From positions 208,174 to 272,173 of the forward strand of contig JBDTVZ010000002.1 in NCBI GenBank assembly GCA_040006935.1: 64,000 bases of DNA. The letters run 5' to 3'. The stretch's first letter is position 1; every line of letters begins with the position of its first letter. Origin of the DNA: Candidatus Dojkabacteria bacterium (lineage in GTDB: Bacteria; Patescibacteriota; Dojkabacteria; J137). This document shows, in pieces, positions 37,916 to 47,882 of the stretch. Made by a program: the position numbers and the translations under genes. The notes beneath the pieces are model-generated. The model saw only the letters and a list, made by a program, of their open reading frames with translations, did not search any database and had not been told where the DNA came from.

Positions 37916-38698
37916 TTAAATCTCGCGTGAAGAATTCCATGCTAACTCAAAAAGCTGTTTTTGTGCTTTTGCAAATGTACTATTTTTTATCTCAACTGCA
38001 TAAGCCTCTGCATCGTGAATATAAATTATTGATACAGAATTATTGAAAACAATTGTATGTAAATGAATTTTAAGGACATCTTCTTCAAGATATTTTGTTT
38101 TAAAATTAGAAGCAATATTGGAAATTTTTACATCATCAACACTTCTTAATTTAAGAAAGTAATCTCCAACTATTTCACGCATAAATAATCTTCTGTTGAT
38201 AAATTCCTTTCTCCAACTTTCTACAAATTCCACATCTGTGAATTCAATCAAGTCATTTGATGTGTATGAAAGTATTTCTCCTGTTGAGTTGAGAACGTTT
38301 TCTAACAAGTGTTTTACACCTACCTGTCCTTTAAAAAATTGGATAGATGTTCCTGGTTGGGTAGATGTTATATCTGGAGAAATTAATGCTGAGACTTCTG
38401 GGAGCATTTTTCTCAATATTTCTGCTTTAGTTTCTTGTTCTTTTACAATTAATTCTAATTTGCTCAGTGAGGCGGCTGTCATTAATCTTTTATTATCTTT
38501 TTGAATTTCCTCAACAATTCCCATTCCTTTTAATCTTTCTGTTATTCTGTAAACTCCAGTTCTATTAATTCTACTTTCTTTCGAAATGTGTAAAATAGTT
38601 TTAGAACCTTCTTCCAATAGTAAGATATATACTTTAGATTCAAAAAAATCTAACCCTAACTGAGTTAAAAACTTTAATACTGGTTCGATATTTTTCAT
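37916..38698 (-). CDS. TrmB-family transcriptional regulator
   Basis: N-terminal wHTH LGLDFFESKVYILLLEEGSKTILHISKESRINRTGVYRITERLKGMGIV. Confidence 0.55.
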   Translation of the reverse strand: MKNIEPVLKFLTQLGLDFFESKVYILLLEEGSKTILHISKESRINRTGVYRITERLKGMGIVEEIQKDNKRLMTAASLSKLELIVKEQETKAEILRKMLPEVSALISPDITSTQPGTSIQFFKGQVGVKHLLENVLNSTGEILSYTSNDLIEFTDVEFVESWRKEFINRRLFMREIVGDYFLKLRSVDDVKISNIASNFKTKYLEEDVLKIHLHTIVFNNSVSIIYIHDAEAYAVEIKNSTFAKAQKQLFELAWNSSREI

Positions 38699-38799
38699 AT
38701 TATATAATTAACATATACTTACAATTGTCCATCGTGAGGACATTAGTGCTCTACTCATTCTATTGGTTAAGGGAATACTTTGTCAAGGAGTGCAACAAC

Positions 38800-39384
38800 T
38801 TAGTTGAATAAGCTTAGAGAATCTGGGTCACTCTTCCAAATAACATCCTCTACGTTGAGTTTGTAATTTGAGTATCTGGCAAGTGTAAATAGCCAGTCGG
38901 AAAGTCGATTAAAATACTTTCGAATTTCATTATAATGTTCTGGACGAGACTCAGAAACATTTGTATAACCTACAAATATTCTCTCAACACTTCTACTAAT
39001 TGTTCTAGCTAAATGAATTTCTGCAGCAAGCACGCTTCCACCTGGAAGAATAAAATTGGTAAGTTCCGGAAGTTTTGAAGTCCAAGTATCAATATCTAAT
39101 TCCATTTCTGCAATTAATTTTGAAAATGAAATTTCTATCTTAGCACCAGCAATAAGACTAGAGGTTGAAAATAGATTAGTATGAAGTCTTTCTAATTTAT
39201 TTACTTCTTTTTCAAATTTTTTGCTAAGTACTTTGGAATCATGAACTAAGGCAATAACTATTCCTAATGATGAATTGAGTTCATCAATAGTACCAAGCAC
39301 ATCTAAAACCTCTGCATCTTTAGAAATTCTTTTTCCTATAAGACTAGTTTCTCCATTATCTCCTGTCTTTGTGTAAATTTTCAT
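38800..39384 (-). CDS. PduO-type ATP:cob(I)alamin adenosyltransferase (MMAB family)
   Basis: MKIYTKTGDNGETSLIGKRISKDAEVLDVLGTIDELNSSLG is the characteristic N-terminus. Confidence 0.85.
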   Translation of the reverse strand: MKIYTKTGDNGETSLIGKRISKDAEVLDVLGTIDELNSSLGIVIALVHDSKVLSKKFEKEVNKLERLHTNLFSTSSLIAGAKIEISFSKLIAEMELDIDTWTSKLPELTNFILPGGSVLAAEIHLARTISRSVERIFVGYTNVSESRPEHYNEIRKYFNRLSDWLFTLARYSNYKLNVEDVIWKSDPDSLSLFN

Positions 39385-39436
39385 ACTAAGAGATTTATAA
39401 TTACGTTATTATGATTATACAATTAAAAAGTAAATT

Positions 39437-40774
39437 ATGCTTAACTACATTAAGAAAACACATAAAGAAAAATTATTTTTCATAGTTTTAACTATTCTTT
39501 CTGTTCTCGCTACCATTTCTGTTTATGTTTTCAAATTTAATGCTCCTCCCATTCGTTCCGATGGGATTGGTTATTACGCGTATTTACCAGCAATCTTTTT
39601 GCATAAAGATATTTCTATGAAAAGCCTTATGGATGAGAGGGCTGCGAAATATAATCAAGCAACACCAGAGAGTTGGAGTGGGATTACACTTCAACATAAT
39701 GGTAATTACTTAGATAAGTATACAATTGGAGAGGCAGTTCTGATATTGCCTTTTTTTATTCCTGCACATGTTTTAAGTGTTTTATTTAATCAAGATTTGA
39801 ATGGCTTCACAATTTTCTACCAAGTATTCGCTGCTTTTTCTGGAACGTTCTATATGGTTATAGGAGTATTTATCCTGAAAAGATTTTTGGATAAATATTT
39901 CAAAACTAGAACAGTCTATTTAACCTTGATCTCTATAATATTTGGAACAAATTTATTTCACTATGGCACTTACGACAGTATTTTCAGCCATGCTTATTCT
40001 TTCTTTTTATTTGCATGTTTTTTGTACTTACTTCCTTTATGGTTTGAAAAAACAAAAGACTATCGATATCCATTTCTTTTAGGATTAGTCAGTGGATTAA
40101 TAATTTTAGTACGACCGACAAATATAATATTACCTATCATTTTCTTTAGTTTATACAACATTCATTTCAATATTTTATTCAAGGATTTGAAAGAAAAAAT
40201 AAGTGTTCTAATAAAATTATGGCGGAATTTTTTTTTAATGATTTTTGTAAGTTTCCTAGTATTGATTCCACAATTTATATATTGGAAAGTAATAACAGGG
40301 AATTTTCTAATCTTCTCCTACCACGGCGAAGGTTTTGATTTTACACATTTAGAGACATTGAATGTATTATTTAGTATTAGGAAGGGGTTATTTTTCTGGT
40401 CACCTATATTGATATTTGGAATCTTAGGAATCGGTTTACTAAAGAATAAGTTGAAAGGATGGATGCTTGGTGTAATTATTTTCTTGATAATTAATTGCTT
40501 AATAATCAGTAGTTGGAGTTCTTGGTATTATGGAGGTGGTTTTGGACATAGGGCATTTATAGAAAGTCTTGCAGTATTAGCTATTCCATTAGCTGCATTT
40601 TTCGAAAAGATTTTAGCAATGAAAAATAAAAGACTGAGGTATTTAATTTTACTGATAACAGCCTTATTGGTTATTCTCTCGATATATACAACGTTCAAAT
40701 ACTGGGATGGTTCCATTTCAATTGATGGCACTACCTTAGGTACATATTTTAAAATATTTGGAATATATAAATAA
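39437..40774 (+). CDS. polytopic membrane protein, possibly a GT-C-fold glycosyltransferase (PMT_2/ArnT-like)
   Basis: More than 10 TM. First extracytoplasmic loop RSDGIGYYAYLP is positioned like the DE..Y motif of GT39/GT83 enzymes. Weak. Confidence 0.35.
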   Translation: MLNYIKKTHKEKLFFIVLTILSVLATISVYVFKFNAPPIRSDGIGYYAYLPAIFLHKDISMKSLMDERAAKYNQATPESWSGITLQHNGNYLDKYTIGEAVLILPFFIPAHVLSVLFNQDLNGFTIFYQVFAAFSGTFYMVIGVFILKRFLDKYFKTRTVYLTLISIIFGTNLFHYGTYDSIFSHAYSFFLFACFLYLLPLWFEKTKDYRYPFLLGLVSGLIILVRPTNIILPIIFFSLYNIHFNILFKDLKEKISVLIKLWRNFFLMIFVSFLVLIPQFIYWKVITGNFLIFSYHGEGFDFTHLETLNVLFSIRKGLFFWSPILIFGILGIGLLKNKLKGWMLGVIIFLIINCLIISSWSSWYYGGGFGHRAFIESLAVLAIPLAAFFEKILAMKNKRLRYLILLITALLVILSIYTTFKYWDGSISIDGTTLGTYFKIFGIYK

Positions 40775-40776
40775 AC

Positions 40777-43128
40777 TTAACCAAAAGGGTTTTGTAATAT
40801 TGATGTGTTGCTTGAATTAACTTGAATACTTACACTATCATCTGGGTCTAAGAACAACTTTAACCTATTCTTTCCTTTTGTTAGCTTAGCTTGTACCATT
40901 CCAGAATACATATCTGTAAGTATTGGGAGATTTGTTTGTTTTCTAGAAGGGAATTTATATCCTTTCGCTGCTACAATAACTCCATATTCACCAGGTTCTC
41001 CAAAGTAATCAAAATTTCCTCGAGTATTGCAAACTACTGTATCTAAATTTTTATACGAAGGTAATTCGTAAATTTTAATTACTGCGAATGGAACTTTCTC
41101 GTCTGTGAATGCATTTTCTACTTCTGAAAACATTCTTCTCGACCTTATTTCCAACAATATATTAAATATAACTATGACTACATAGATTACAAAAATCACC
41201 CAGTTCCATGTTGATGGAGAAATAATTAAACTTAATACTGAAAACAGAAAACCCAGGACAAATAATACATCTCTGAATTTATTGTACACAGTTAGAAAGG
41301 AAACACTTAATCTTTCAGTAAATTTCAATTGACTTGATTCCAGCGAAGCTAACGCTGCCATTTCAATATCGAGTACATATCCTTCTTCATTACTCTGAAT
41401 AATAATTTTTGTCTTAAATGGCTTATACTGTGGATGTCTAACTTCTAATACGTAATCTCCTTCCTCTATAGTGAAGCCGTAAGTACCATCTAAACCGCTG
41501 ACAGTTTGTGCTACAATTTCTAACGAATTTGCTATTATTAATCTGCAAGTTGCGAAAGCAATAGGTTTACCAGTTTTTGAATCTAGGATCACTCCCCAAG
41601 GTCTTTTCCTCTTATTTAATAACAAAGCAATAATACCTATTACGGTTCCAATAATATTAGACCCATTTATTATCAAAACTATTATTAAGAATAGCAACGT
41701 TAAAAGCGCCAATAGACCAGCTAGACCTATAGTATTTAGAATTATTCCAAAGAAGTTACCATTAAATTGAGGAAATACATTCTTTCCTATTAAACCTTCT
41801 ACCAAATTCTCAAGCGGAGTGGTTATAAAGAAAGTTCCAATTCTAGAAAAATCAATTCCCTTAACATCTTTACCTGAAACTATAACTATAACTGTTTCTC
41901 CCGAGTTAAATGGTGTGTTGGGAGTAATAGTAAAAACATAATGCCCATTATCATTAAATACGTTAATTCTAGGATCGTTAGCATTAATTATCTCTCCGTT
42001 TACATTAAAAGTTACTGTACTAAAATCGATTGCGTTTTCTCCTTCTGTTATTTGAATAATAATACTTGTACCAGGTGATACATTTGATTCTCCGTTGGAT
42101 GGATTTACAAATATAACTCCTGGCTGTTCAAGTGGCGGCGGGGCGGGCGGAACGACCGGATTAGATACAGGTTCACCAGGAGGAGGAGGCGCTGGTGGAG
42201 GTGGTGGTGCTGGCGGTGGCGGCGGGGCTGGTGGAGGTGGCTGTGGCTCTACAGTAAAACTCATTGATGAATTGAAAGGATTAGAGGCAAAATCTTGTCC
42301 AGATATTTGTACGGAAATTATGCTTCCATAAGGGTAAGGGCCAGTTGGTGTGAAAACAATATTATAATTTGTAGGGACTCCTGTTACATTAACATTTGAT
42401 CCTGGAACAGAATATGGGATACCATTAATTAACAAAGTTACTGTCGACAAATCAACGCCGGAGAGATCATCTGTGATATTGATATTGATTGATTGATTAA
42501 TATCCACATTAGTTTCAGATGCCGTAGGGTTTACAAAAGAAACTGCTGGTCCAGAAACATCTCCAATTGTACAAGGATTAGTATTAAACGTATAAGTTCC
42601 ATTAGTAACCGAAGTTAGAATGTCATTGAAAGTTCCAGAATCTGCAATATTACTATCTAAAGTATCCCCAATACCAGTGAAGTTTATCGTAAATGTTGAA
42701 CTTGCTGTTGGCGGATTGCTTCTAAAAACAATCGTTGCAAAGAGCTCGTTGGTTGTTAAAGGTATCCCGGTATCTAAATTATCTCCTACTAAAGTTATGG
42801 TGCCAGTTCCAGTATCTACATTATTTGCTGAATAGGTTGTGAACGCTGTTCCTGGTAAAATTTGTACACCTGCCTGAAATCCATCCGTATCTAAAATTGT
42901 TAATTCTGTTGTATTGTAGTTCACTGCAATATCTCCCGCGATTGAAGATTCCCCTGTGGCATCAATATAAATGTCTACTTGTGTTGAACAATTCCCAATA
43001 AAGGACCCCCCCGAAGGAACGAAATTGTATGATGCAGCATGAACATTGGTGTTAGCAAATAGAAAGAAGAAACCAGCGACTAAACTAATTATAAATAATT
43101 TTTTTTTATTTAATAAAAGCGATCTCAT
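40777..43128 (-). CDS. large surface protein: signal peptide, cohesin-like module, poly-Pro linker, Ig-like domains, multi-TM C-terminal half with carboxypeptidase-regulatory-like beta-sandwiches
   Basis: N-terminal segment ...IAGDIAVNYNTTELTI...GTGTITLVG...ELFATIVFRS follows the spacing pattern of type-I cohesins. PPPPAPPPPPAPPPPPAPPPPG linker. Several TM runs. Confidence 0.45.
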   Translation of the reverse strand: MRSLLLNKKKLFIISLVAGFFFLFANTNVHAASYNFVPSGGSFIGNCSTQVDIYIDATGESSIAGDIAVNYNTTELTILDTDGFQAGVQILPGTAFTTYSANNVDTGTGTITLVGDNLDTGIPLTTNELFATIVFRSNPPTASSTFTINFTGIGDTLDSNIADSGTFNDILTSVTNGTYTFNTNPCTIGDVSGPAVSFVNPTASETNVDINQSININITDDLSGVDLSTVTLLINGIPYSVPGSNVNVTGVPTNYNIVFTPTGPYPYGSIISVQISGQDFASNPFNSSMSFTVEPQPPPPAPPPPPAPPPPPAPPPPGEPVSNPVVPPAPPPLEQPGVIFVNPSNGESNVSPGTSIIIQITEGENAIDFSTVTFNVNGEIINANDPRINVFNDNGHYVFTITPNTPFNSGETVIVIVSGKDVKGIDFSRIGTFFITTPLENLVEGLIGKNVFPQFNGNFFGIILNTIGLAGLLALLTLLFLIIVLIINGSNIIGTVIGIIALLLNKRKRPWGVILDSKTGKPIAFATCRLIIANSLEIVAQTVSGLDGTYGFTIEEGDYVLEVRHPQYKPFKTKIIIQSNEEGYVLDIEMAALASLESSQLKFTERLSVSFLTVYNKFRDVLFVLGFLFSVLSLIISPSTWNWVIFVIYVVIVIFNILLEIRSRRMFSEVENAFTDEKVPFAVIKIYELPSYKNLDTVVCNTRGNFDYFGEPGEYGVIVAAKGYKFPSRKQTNLPILTDMYSGMVQAKLTKGKNRLKLFLDPDDSVSIQVNSSNTSILQNPFG
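42170..42250. repeat. GC-rich simple-sequence tract encoding a poly-proline linker (PPPPAPPPPPAPPPPPAPPPP)
   Basis: ggaggaggaggcgctggtggaggtggtggtgctggcggtggcggcgggg on the plus strand, which is coding on the minus strand. Confidence 0.7.
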
Positions 43129-43133
43129 AATTA

Positions 43134-43739
43134 TTATGGTATCGGATCTCCAAGTTTTAATTGATTATTTCTTTCTATAGTCACATCTAAACTATTAACA
43201 ATTCCATCTTGATTTAAATCTGCTTTATTATCTGCACTGCCCATCTTCGAATTTAAATAAGCTAAATCCAAAGAATTAACTTTATTATCAAAGGAGTTAC
43301 TAACTTCGCCCGCGACTAGAAAATTACTAGCACCGGTTAAGTTAACACTATCGTGATAAGTATTAAATGCTGAAACACCTGTGAATCTTTTTCTTAAATG
43401 CGAAAAACCTGTAGCGTAAAATTTATATGTTCCAGGTACAGGGAAAATTGTATTAGCACAGAAATCATATGTTGCTAATCCTTGTGTATCTGTTGGGACG
43501 GTAAAGCTTGCCAATGTAAGATTTGAATTGTCAAGTATTACAAAACTGACTGTCGAATCCCAATTATTGATTGGAGGAACTCTTTGCTCCGGTCTTGCTA
43601 CCATATCCAATAAGCATGCCTGGATTGAACTTGATACTGTAACATTAGCTTGAGGTTGTGCGTATACTACTGTTGAAATTGCAACTAGTACTATTAAAAC
43701 AGCAGAGAGAGATGAATAAATGTACTTTCTTTTTAACAT
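43134..43739 (-). CDS. secreted protein with C-terminal dockerin-like Ca-binding repeats
   Basis: Signal peptide. The C-terminus FDNKVNSLDLAYLNSKMGSADNKADLNQDGIVNSLDVTI matches the duplicated D.N.DG.VNS.D dockerin repeat. Confidence 0.5.
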   Translation of the reverse strand: MLKRKYIYSSLSAVLIVLVAISTVVYAQPQANVTVSSSIQACLLDMVARPEQRVPPINNWDSTVSFVILDNSNLTLASFTVPTDTQGLATYDFCANTIFPVPGTYKFYATGFSHLRKRFTGVSAFNTYHDSVNLTGASNFLVAGEVSNSFDNKVNSLDLAYLNSKMGSADNKADLNQDGIVNSLDVTIERNNQLKLGDPIP

Positions 43740-43766
43740 TATATTCCATTGTGATATAAATATTTA

Positions 43767-45074
43767 CTACATCTGACTTAAATGCCAGAAACCTAATTTA
43801 TAACCTACATTACAATTTGTATTCTCGCAGAGTATCTCGTAATTTGCGCAAGAAGAAGCCATTCCAAGATTATAATGGTAACAATCTAAACCTTTGTATA
43901 AATACCCTCTCATTGGGGCATACACTGGTGCATTCCATGGTGTCCCAGAAACATCAATCCCATCATGAAAAGTACAATCTGTTGTAGATCCATTGAAGAA
44001 ACATCTTTGTCCAAAAGCACTGTTAAAGTAAGTTTGACCTCTAAGAGGAGATTTTAAAGGACCACCCACTCCGCAACCCATTCCTCCCGACTCTAGTTGA
44101 CCGCAAGGATCATAAGCTGCTCCATTTATGTATGTTGAGAAGTGTAAATGTGGACCAAAGCAATATCCTGTGCAACCTTGTAACCCAATTATTGTTCCTT
44201 CTAAAACTAATTGACCATTTCCTAAGGATGAAAATCCGCCAATAATTTGTTGTTTTATTAATTCTGCTTGTGCATTTATTTGCGCTTGTTCATCATTTAG
44301 AACAGCCATGGTATTACTATATTGATTGCTAGTGGATTGCACTTCAGAGACTTTTTGATAAAAGACTGCCATCTTTGCATCAACATCGGATTTCTTTTGT
44401 TTTAAGTCTTCTGATTTAATATTTACAAGCTCTTGCTGTTGTTTTTGATCTATAAGTTTCTCGTTAAGCTCCTTTTTCTGAACATCTAGTTGAGCTTTTA
44501 ATCTTGCAAGCTCGACTAGTGAATTATTAGTATCACCCTGTATAACTTCTTTGTACTGTGAATTTTTAAAATAGGAATTTATATTGGAAGTGAACAATAA
44601 ATTACTTCCCACTTCCGTGTTTGCACCTATCATTCTAAATTTCATATAACTTTCATCAATTCGCTTTTTAGACTCTTTTTCCAGTGTTGCAATTATATCC
44701 TCATTCTTTTTAATTTCTGTTTGTTTTTTCTCAATATCTTGATTTATCTGTTGTATGGTTAACTCTATCTGCTTAATCTGCAACCCTATTTCATCTATAC
44801 TCTTCTGATATATTTGTGCATCTCCATACAAGGCGGATATTTGTGAATTATAGCCAAGTATTGTGTAATTACTAGCATCAAGCTGAGTTTGAATATCATT
44901 TTTTTGCTGATTGATTTGATCGATTTGATTCTGAAGTTGAGTAAGCTGATCTGAAAGATCGTCAGCTTGAAGGATTGATACCGGTGCTAAAAAAAATACG
45001 GCACAAATTACAAATATTAAGTTTTTTTTCAAATTCAGCTTCATCTTTTTGATATCTGTTAAAATTAGAGACAA
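43767..45074 (-). CDS. M23-family metallopeptidase with N-terminal coiled coil (EnvC/LytM-like)
   Basis: Long Q/K-rich coiled coil, then the C-terminal motif GCTGYCFGPHLHFSTY (HxH). The start is probably at 45044 (MKLNLKK, signal peptide). Confidence 0.8.
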   Translation of the reverse strand: MSLILTDIKKMKLNLKKNLIFVICAVFFLAPVSILQADDLSDQLTQLQNQIDQINQQKNDIQTQLDASNYTILGYNSQISALYGDAQIYQKSIDEIGLQIKQIELTIQQINQDIEKKQTEIKKNEDIIATLEKESKKRIDESYMKFRMIGANTEVGSNLLFTSNINSYFKNSQYKEVIQGDTNNSLVELARLKAQLDVQKKELNEKLIDQKQQQELVNIKSEDLKQKKSDVDAKMAVFYQKVSEVQSTSNQYSNTMAVLNDEQAQINAQAELIKQQIIGGFSSLGNGQLVLEGTIIGLQGCTGYCFGPHLHFSTYINGAAYDPCGQLESGGMGCGVGGPLKSPLRGQTYFNSAFGQRCFFNGSTTDCTFHDGIDVSGTPWNAPVYAPMRGYLYKGLDCYHYNLGMASSCANYEILCENTNCNVGYKLGFWHLSQM

Positions 45075-45126
45075 ATATACACTGTAATCATTTAACCATA
45101 AATAGGTCTACTATTCAAGAATTAAC

Positions 45127-46221
45127 ATGAAAATACTATCAATACAAAATACAGATAAAGTTATTCAAGCGGCAGTTCTGTCTCTTAAAAATGGTGATCT
45201 TGTTATTTTCCCAACAGAAACATCCTATGGGATTGCTTCAGATGCTACTAATAGTGATGCAATTAATAAACTTTTGAAATACAAGCAAAGACCTCCAGGG
45301 AAAGCCATATCTATTGCTGTAAATTCGAAGAATATGGCTTTAAATTACGTTGAACTTAACAACTCTGCAGAAAAGATAATAGATACTTTTTTACCAGGAC
45401 CAATTACAGTTATTTCTAAATCCCTTGGGAAAGTTGATGAACGGCTTGAATCGGAAATAGGAACACTGGGAATAAGAATTCCGAATTATAAATTAGTACT
45501 CGATATTATAAAAGTTTTTGGAAAACCTATCACAGCAACTTCAGCCAATATTAGCGGAGGGAAAACTCCCTACTCTATTAATGATGTTTTAGAAAATATT
45601 CCTGAATCAAAGAAAGAGCTTTTAGATTTAGTTATTGATGCCGGTGAACTTCCTAAAAATCCACCTTCAACCGTGATTGATACCACTAGTGATGATTTAA
45701 AAATTTACAGACAAGGAAGGGTAGATCCCGAACGGATGACGGTTTACGGTAAATGGTTTACAAATTCCTACGAAGAGACTATATTACTGGCTAAAGAATT
45801 AATTAATAAAATTAAATCCGAAAACGTTAACCGTTTACCTATGACCTTTCTCCTTTCTGGGGAGCTTGGTGCGGGAAAAACACACTTTACAAAAGGAATC
45901 GCAAAAGGATTAGGAATTACTCAGATAATAAAATCTCCCACATACACATATGTAAGTGAATACAAAATATCTGATAACTCAAAACTGAAAACTGAAAACT
46001 ATCTATATCACTTCGATGCTTGGAGAATCCAAACGAAAGAAGATTTGGAAGCTTTACGATTTTACGAATGGTTTAAAGATGGCAACGTAATAGTTATCGA
46101 ATGGCCAAGCGTTGCAATGGCGTTAGACGAAAATTTCTTCGAAGGAGTTGAATATTATTATGTGGACTTTATAATTCTCGGAGAAGATAAGAGAGAAATT
46201 AGAGTATATAGAAAAAATTAG
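45127..46221 (+). CDS. fusion protein: threonylcarbamoyl-AMP synthase TsaC/YrdC domain + TsaE (YjeE) P-loop domain
   Basis: N-terminal half FPTETSYGIASDATN...TATSANISG (YrdC). C-terminal half LLSGELGAGKTHFTKGIAKGLG...IKSPTYTYV...YHFDAWRI...IEWP (TsaE). Confidence 0.8.
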   Translation: MKILSIQNTDKVIQAAVLSLKNGDLVIFPTETSYGIASDATNSDAINKLLKYKQRPPGKAISIAVNSKNMALNYVELNNSAEKIIDTFLPGPITVISKSLGKVDERLESEIGTLGIRIPNYKLVLDIIKVFGKPITATSANISGGKTPYSINDVLENIPESKKELLDLVIDAGELPKNPPSTVIDTTSDDLKIYRQGRVDPERMTVYGKWFTNSYEETILLAKELINKIKSENVNRLPMTFLLSGELGAGKTHFTKGIAKGLGITQIIKSPTYTYVSEYKISDNSKLKTENYLYHFDAWRIQTKEDLEALRFYEWFKDGNVIVIEWPSVAMALDENFFEGVEYYYVDFIILGEDKREIRVYRKN

Positions 46222-46319
46222 AATTATAAAACCCACTTTGCTATAATAGTATTACTAATTCTTCACAAAAGACCGATGGATAATATAATCTAAAACTTTA
46301 ATTTGCCCAATCGGGTTAT

Positions 46320-47858
46320 TTGTTTTACATTATACTTATGCCATTGATTTCCTTTCAAAATTTAACATTTACAATTAACAATAAAAACATCTTAGACAAC
46401 ATTACTGGATCGATTTCTACGTCCGATCGAATTGGATTAATTGGTAACAATGGTGCAGGTAAAACTACTCTGCTTAATATAATCTCAAAAAAGAACGAAC
46501 CTACGTCTGGCATGGTAATCGCGAACGTGACTATAGCTTACGTGAAGCAGTTTGAGTTAGATAAAATGAGCTCGACTAAAACTGTTTTTGATTATCTTCA
46601 AGTCTTTGATAATTGGTGGAGTATTTTAGAACAATACGAAATCATATTTAAAACAAGTTTAAACCCTGAAACCAAATTAAAAGATTTAAGCGGAGGTGAA
46701 TTCACAAAAATCAATATAGCCAACGCTTTTACAAGTTTTCCAAATTTAATTTTATTAGACGAGCCTACAAATCATTTAGATCATTCATCTGTGGAATACT
46801 TAACAGAATTTTTAAAAAAATATTCTGGAGCTTTCTTAATATCATCACACGATATAGATTTTTTAAATGACACTGTGGATAAAATCTGGGAACTATCCCG
46901 AGGCGAATTAAAGGTATATGGTGGTAATTATGAATTCTACAAGGAACAAAAGGCTATTGAAGAAGAGAACATAAAAAGAAATCATGAGGTCGCAAAAAAA
47001 CAGATGAACAAAATTAAACAAGCAATTCTTAAAGAGAACAAGCGATCAGAAAGAGGTAAAAATAGGATGTTAAAAATGAAAAAAACGAACGATAGGAGTA
47101 TTCCTACCATAGTTTTAAACGCTTATAAAAACCGTGCCGAAAATAAAGGATCCCAAATTTCAGAAAAATTAGAAAAATTACAAACCAGAGCTGCAGATAA
47201 TCTAGAAAATAGTAAAAGTAACGTTACTAAAAAAGCATTTATAGATTTAAAAACTACAGCTAGGGAAGGAAAACTAATATCAATAAAAGCTAAGGATTTA
47301 AGAATAGCTGATGAATTATTAATTAAGAATATTAATCTGGATATTTATTCAAAAGATAGAATGGCAATAACCGGAGCCAATGGGACTGGAAAAACCCTGT
47401 TAGTAAAGAATATTATTGATAATAAAGAAAATTTTTACAAACCAGAATTAAAACTTCTTTACCTTTCACAAAAATACGAAAATATTGATTACGATAAAAC
47501 AGTTATCGAAAACATGGAATCCCTTGGAATTGGTTACGAACTAATTAGAAAAATTCTAGGAAATTTTTTATTCATTAAAGATGTTGATTTAAAAGAAAAA
47601 GTAATCGACTTAAGTGGAGGTGAATTAGCAAGATTATCTATTGCTAAATTATCAGCATCAGATATTGATTTACTAATTCTAGACGAACCCACAAACAATT
47701 TAGATATAAATACAATTGGGGTTTTAATTGAAGCTTTGAATGAATTTAAAGGTGCTTTAATAGTAATTTCGCACAATAAAAATTTCTTGAATCAAATTAA
47801 TATTGAAAGATTTTATAAAATTGAAAATAAAAAATTAATGGAAACAGACCCAGCATGA
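46320..47858 (+). CDS. ABC-F family ATPase (tandem ABC domains, no TMD)
   Basis: Two nucleotide-binding domains: GNNGAGKTTLL / LSGGEFTK and GANGTGKTLL / LSGGELAR, with an inter-domain linker. Confidence 0.8.
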   Translation: MFYIILMPLISFQNLTFTINNKNILDNITGSISTSDRIGLIGNNGAGKTTLLNIISKKNEPTSGMVIANVTIAYVKQFELDKMSSTKTVFDYLQVFDNWWSILEQYEIIFKTSLNPETKLKDLSGGEFTKINIANAFTSFPNLILLDEPTNHLDHSSVEYLTEFLKKYSGAFLISSHDIDFLNDTVDKIWELSRGELKVYGGNYEFYKEQKAIEEENIKRNHEVAKKQMNKIKQAILKENKRSERGKNRMLKMKKTNDRSIPTIVLNAYKNRAENKGSQISEKLEKLQTRAADNLENSKSNVTKKAFIDLKTTAREGKLISIKAKDLRIADELLIKNINLDIYSKDRMAITGANGTGKTLLVKNIIDNKENFYKPELKLLYLSQKYENIDYDKTVIENMESLGIGYELIRKILGNFLFIKDVDLKEKVIDLSGGELARLSIAKLSASDIDLLILDEPTNNLDINTIGVLIEALNEFKGALIVISHNKNFLNQINIERFYKIENKKLMETDPA

Positions 47859-47882
47859 TTTCTCAGCTGAGTCTGTTTTTCG

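Noticed and set aside
42095-42331. 78-aa Gly-rich ORF on the plus strand
   Set aside because: It is antisense to the poly-proline linker codons of the surface protein, a compositional artefact.
46222-46319. Possible intrinsic terminator after the tsaC-tsaE fusion (gcccaatcgggttatttgtttt)
   Set aside because: The stem is only 4-5 bp with mismatches, too weak to call.
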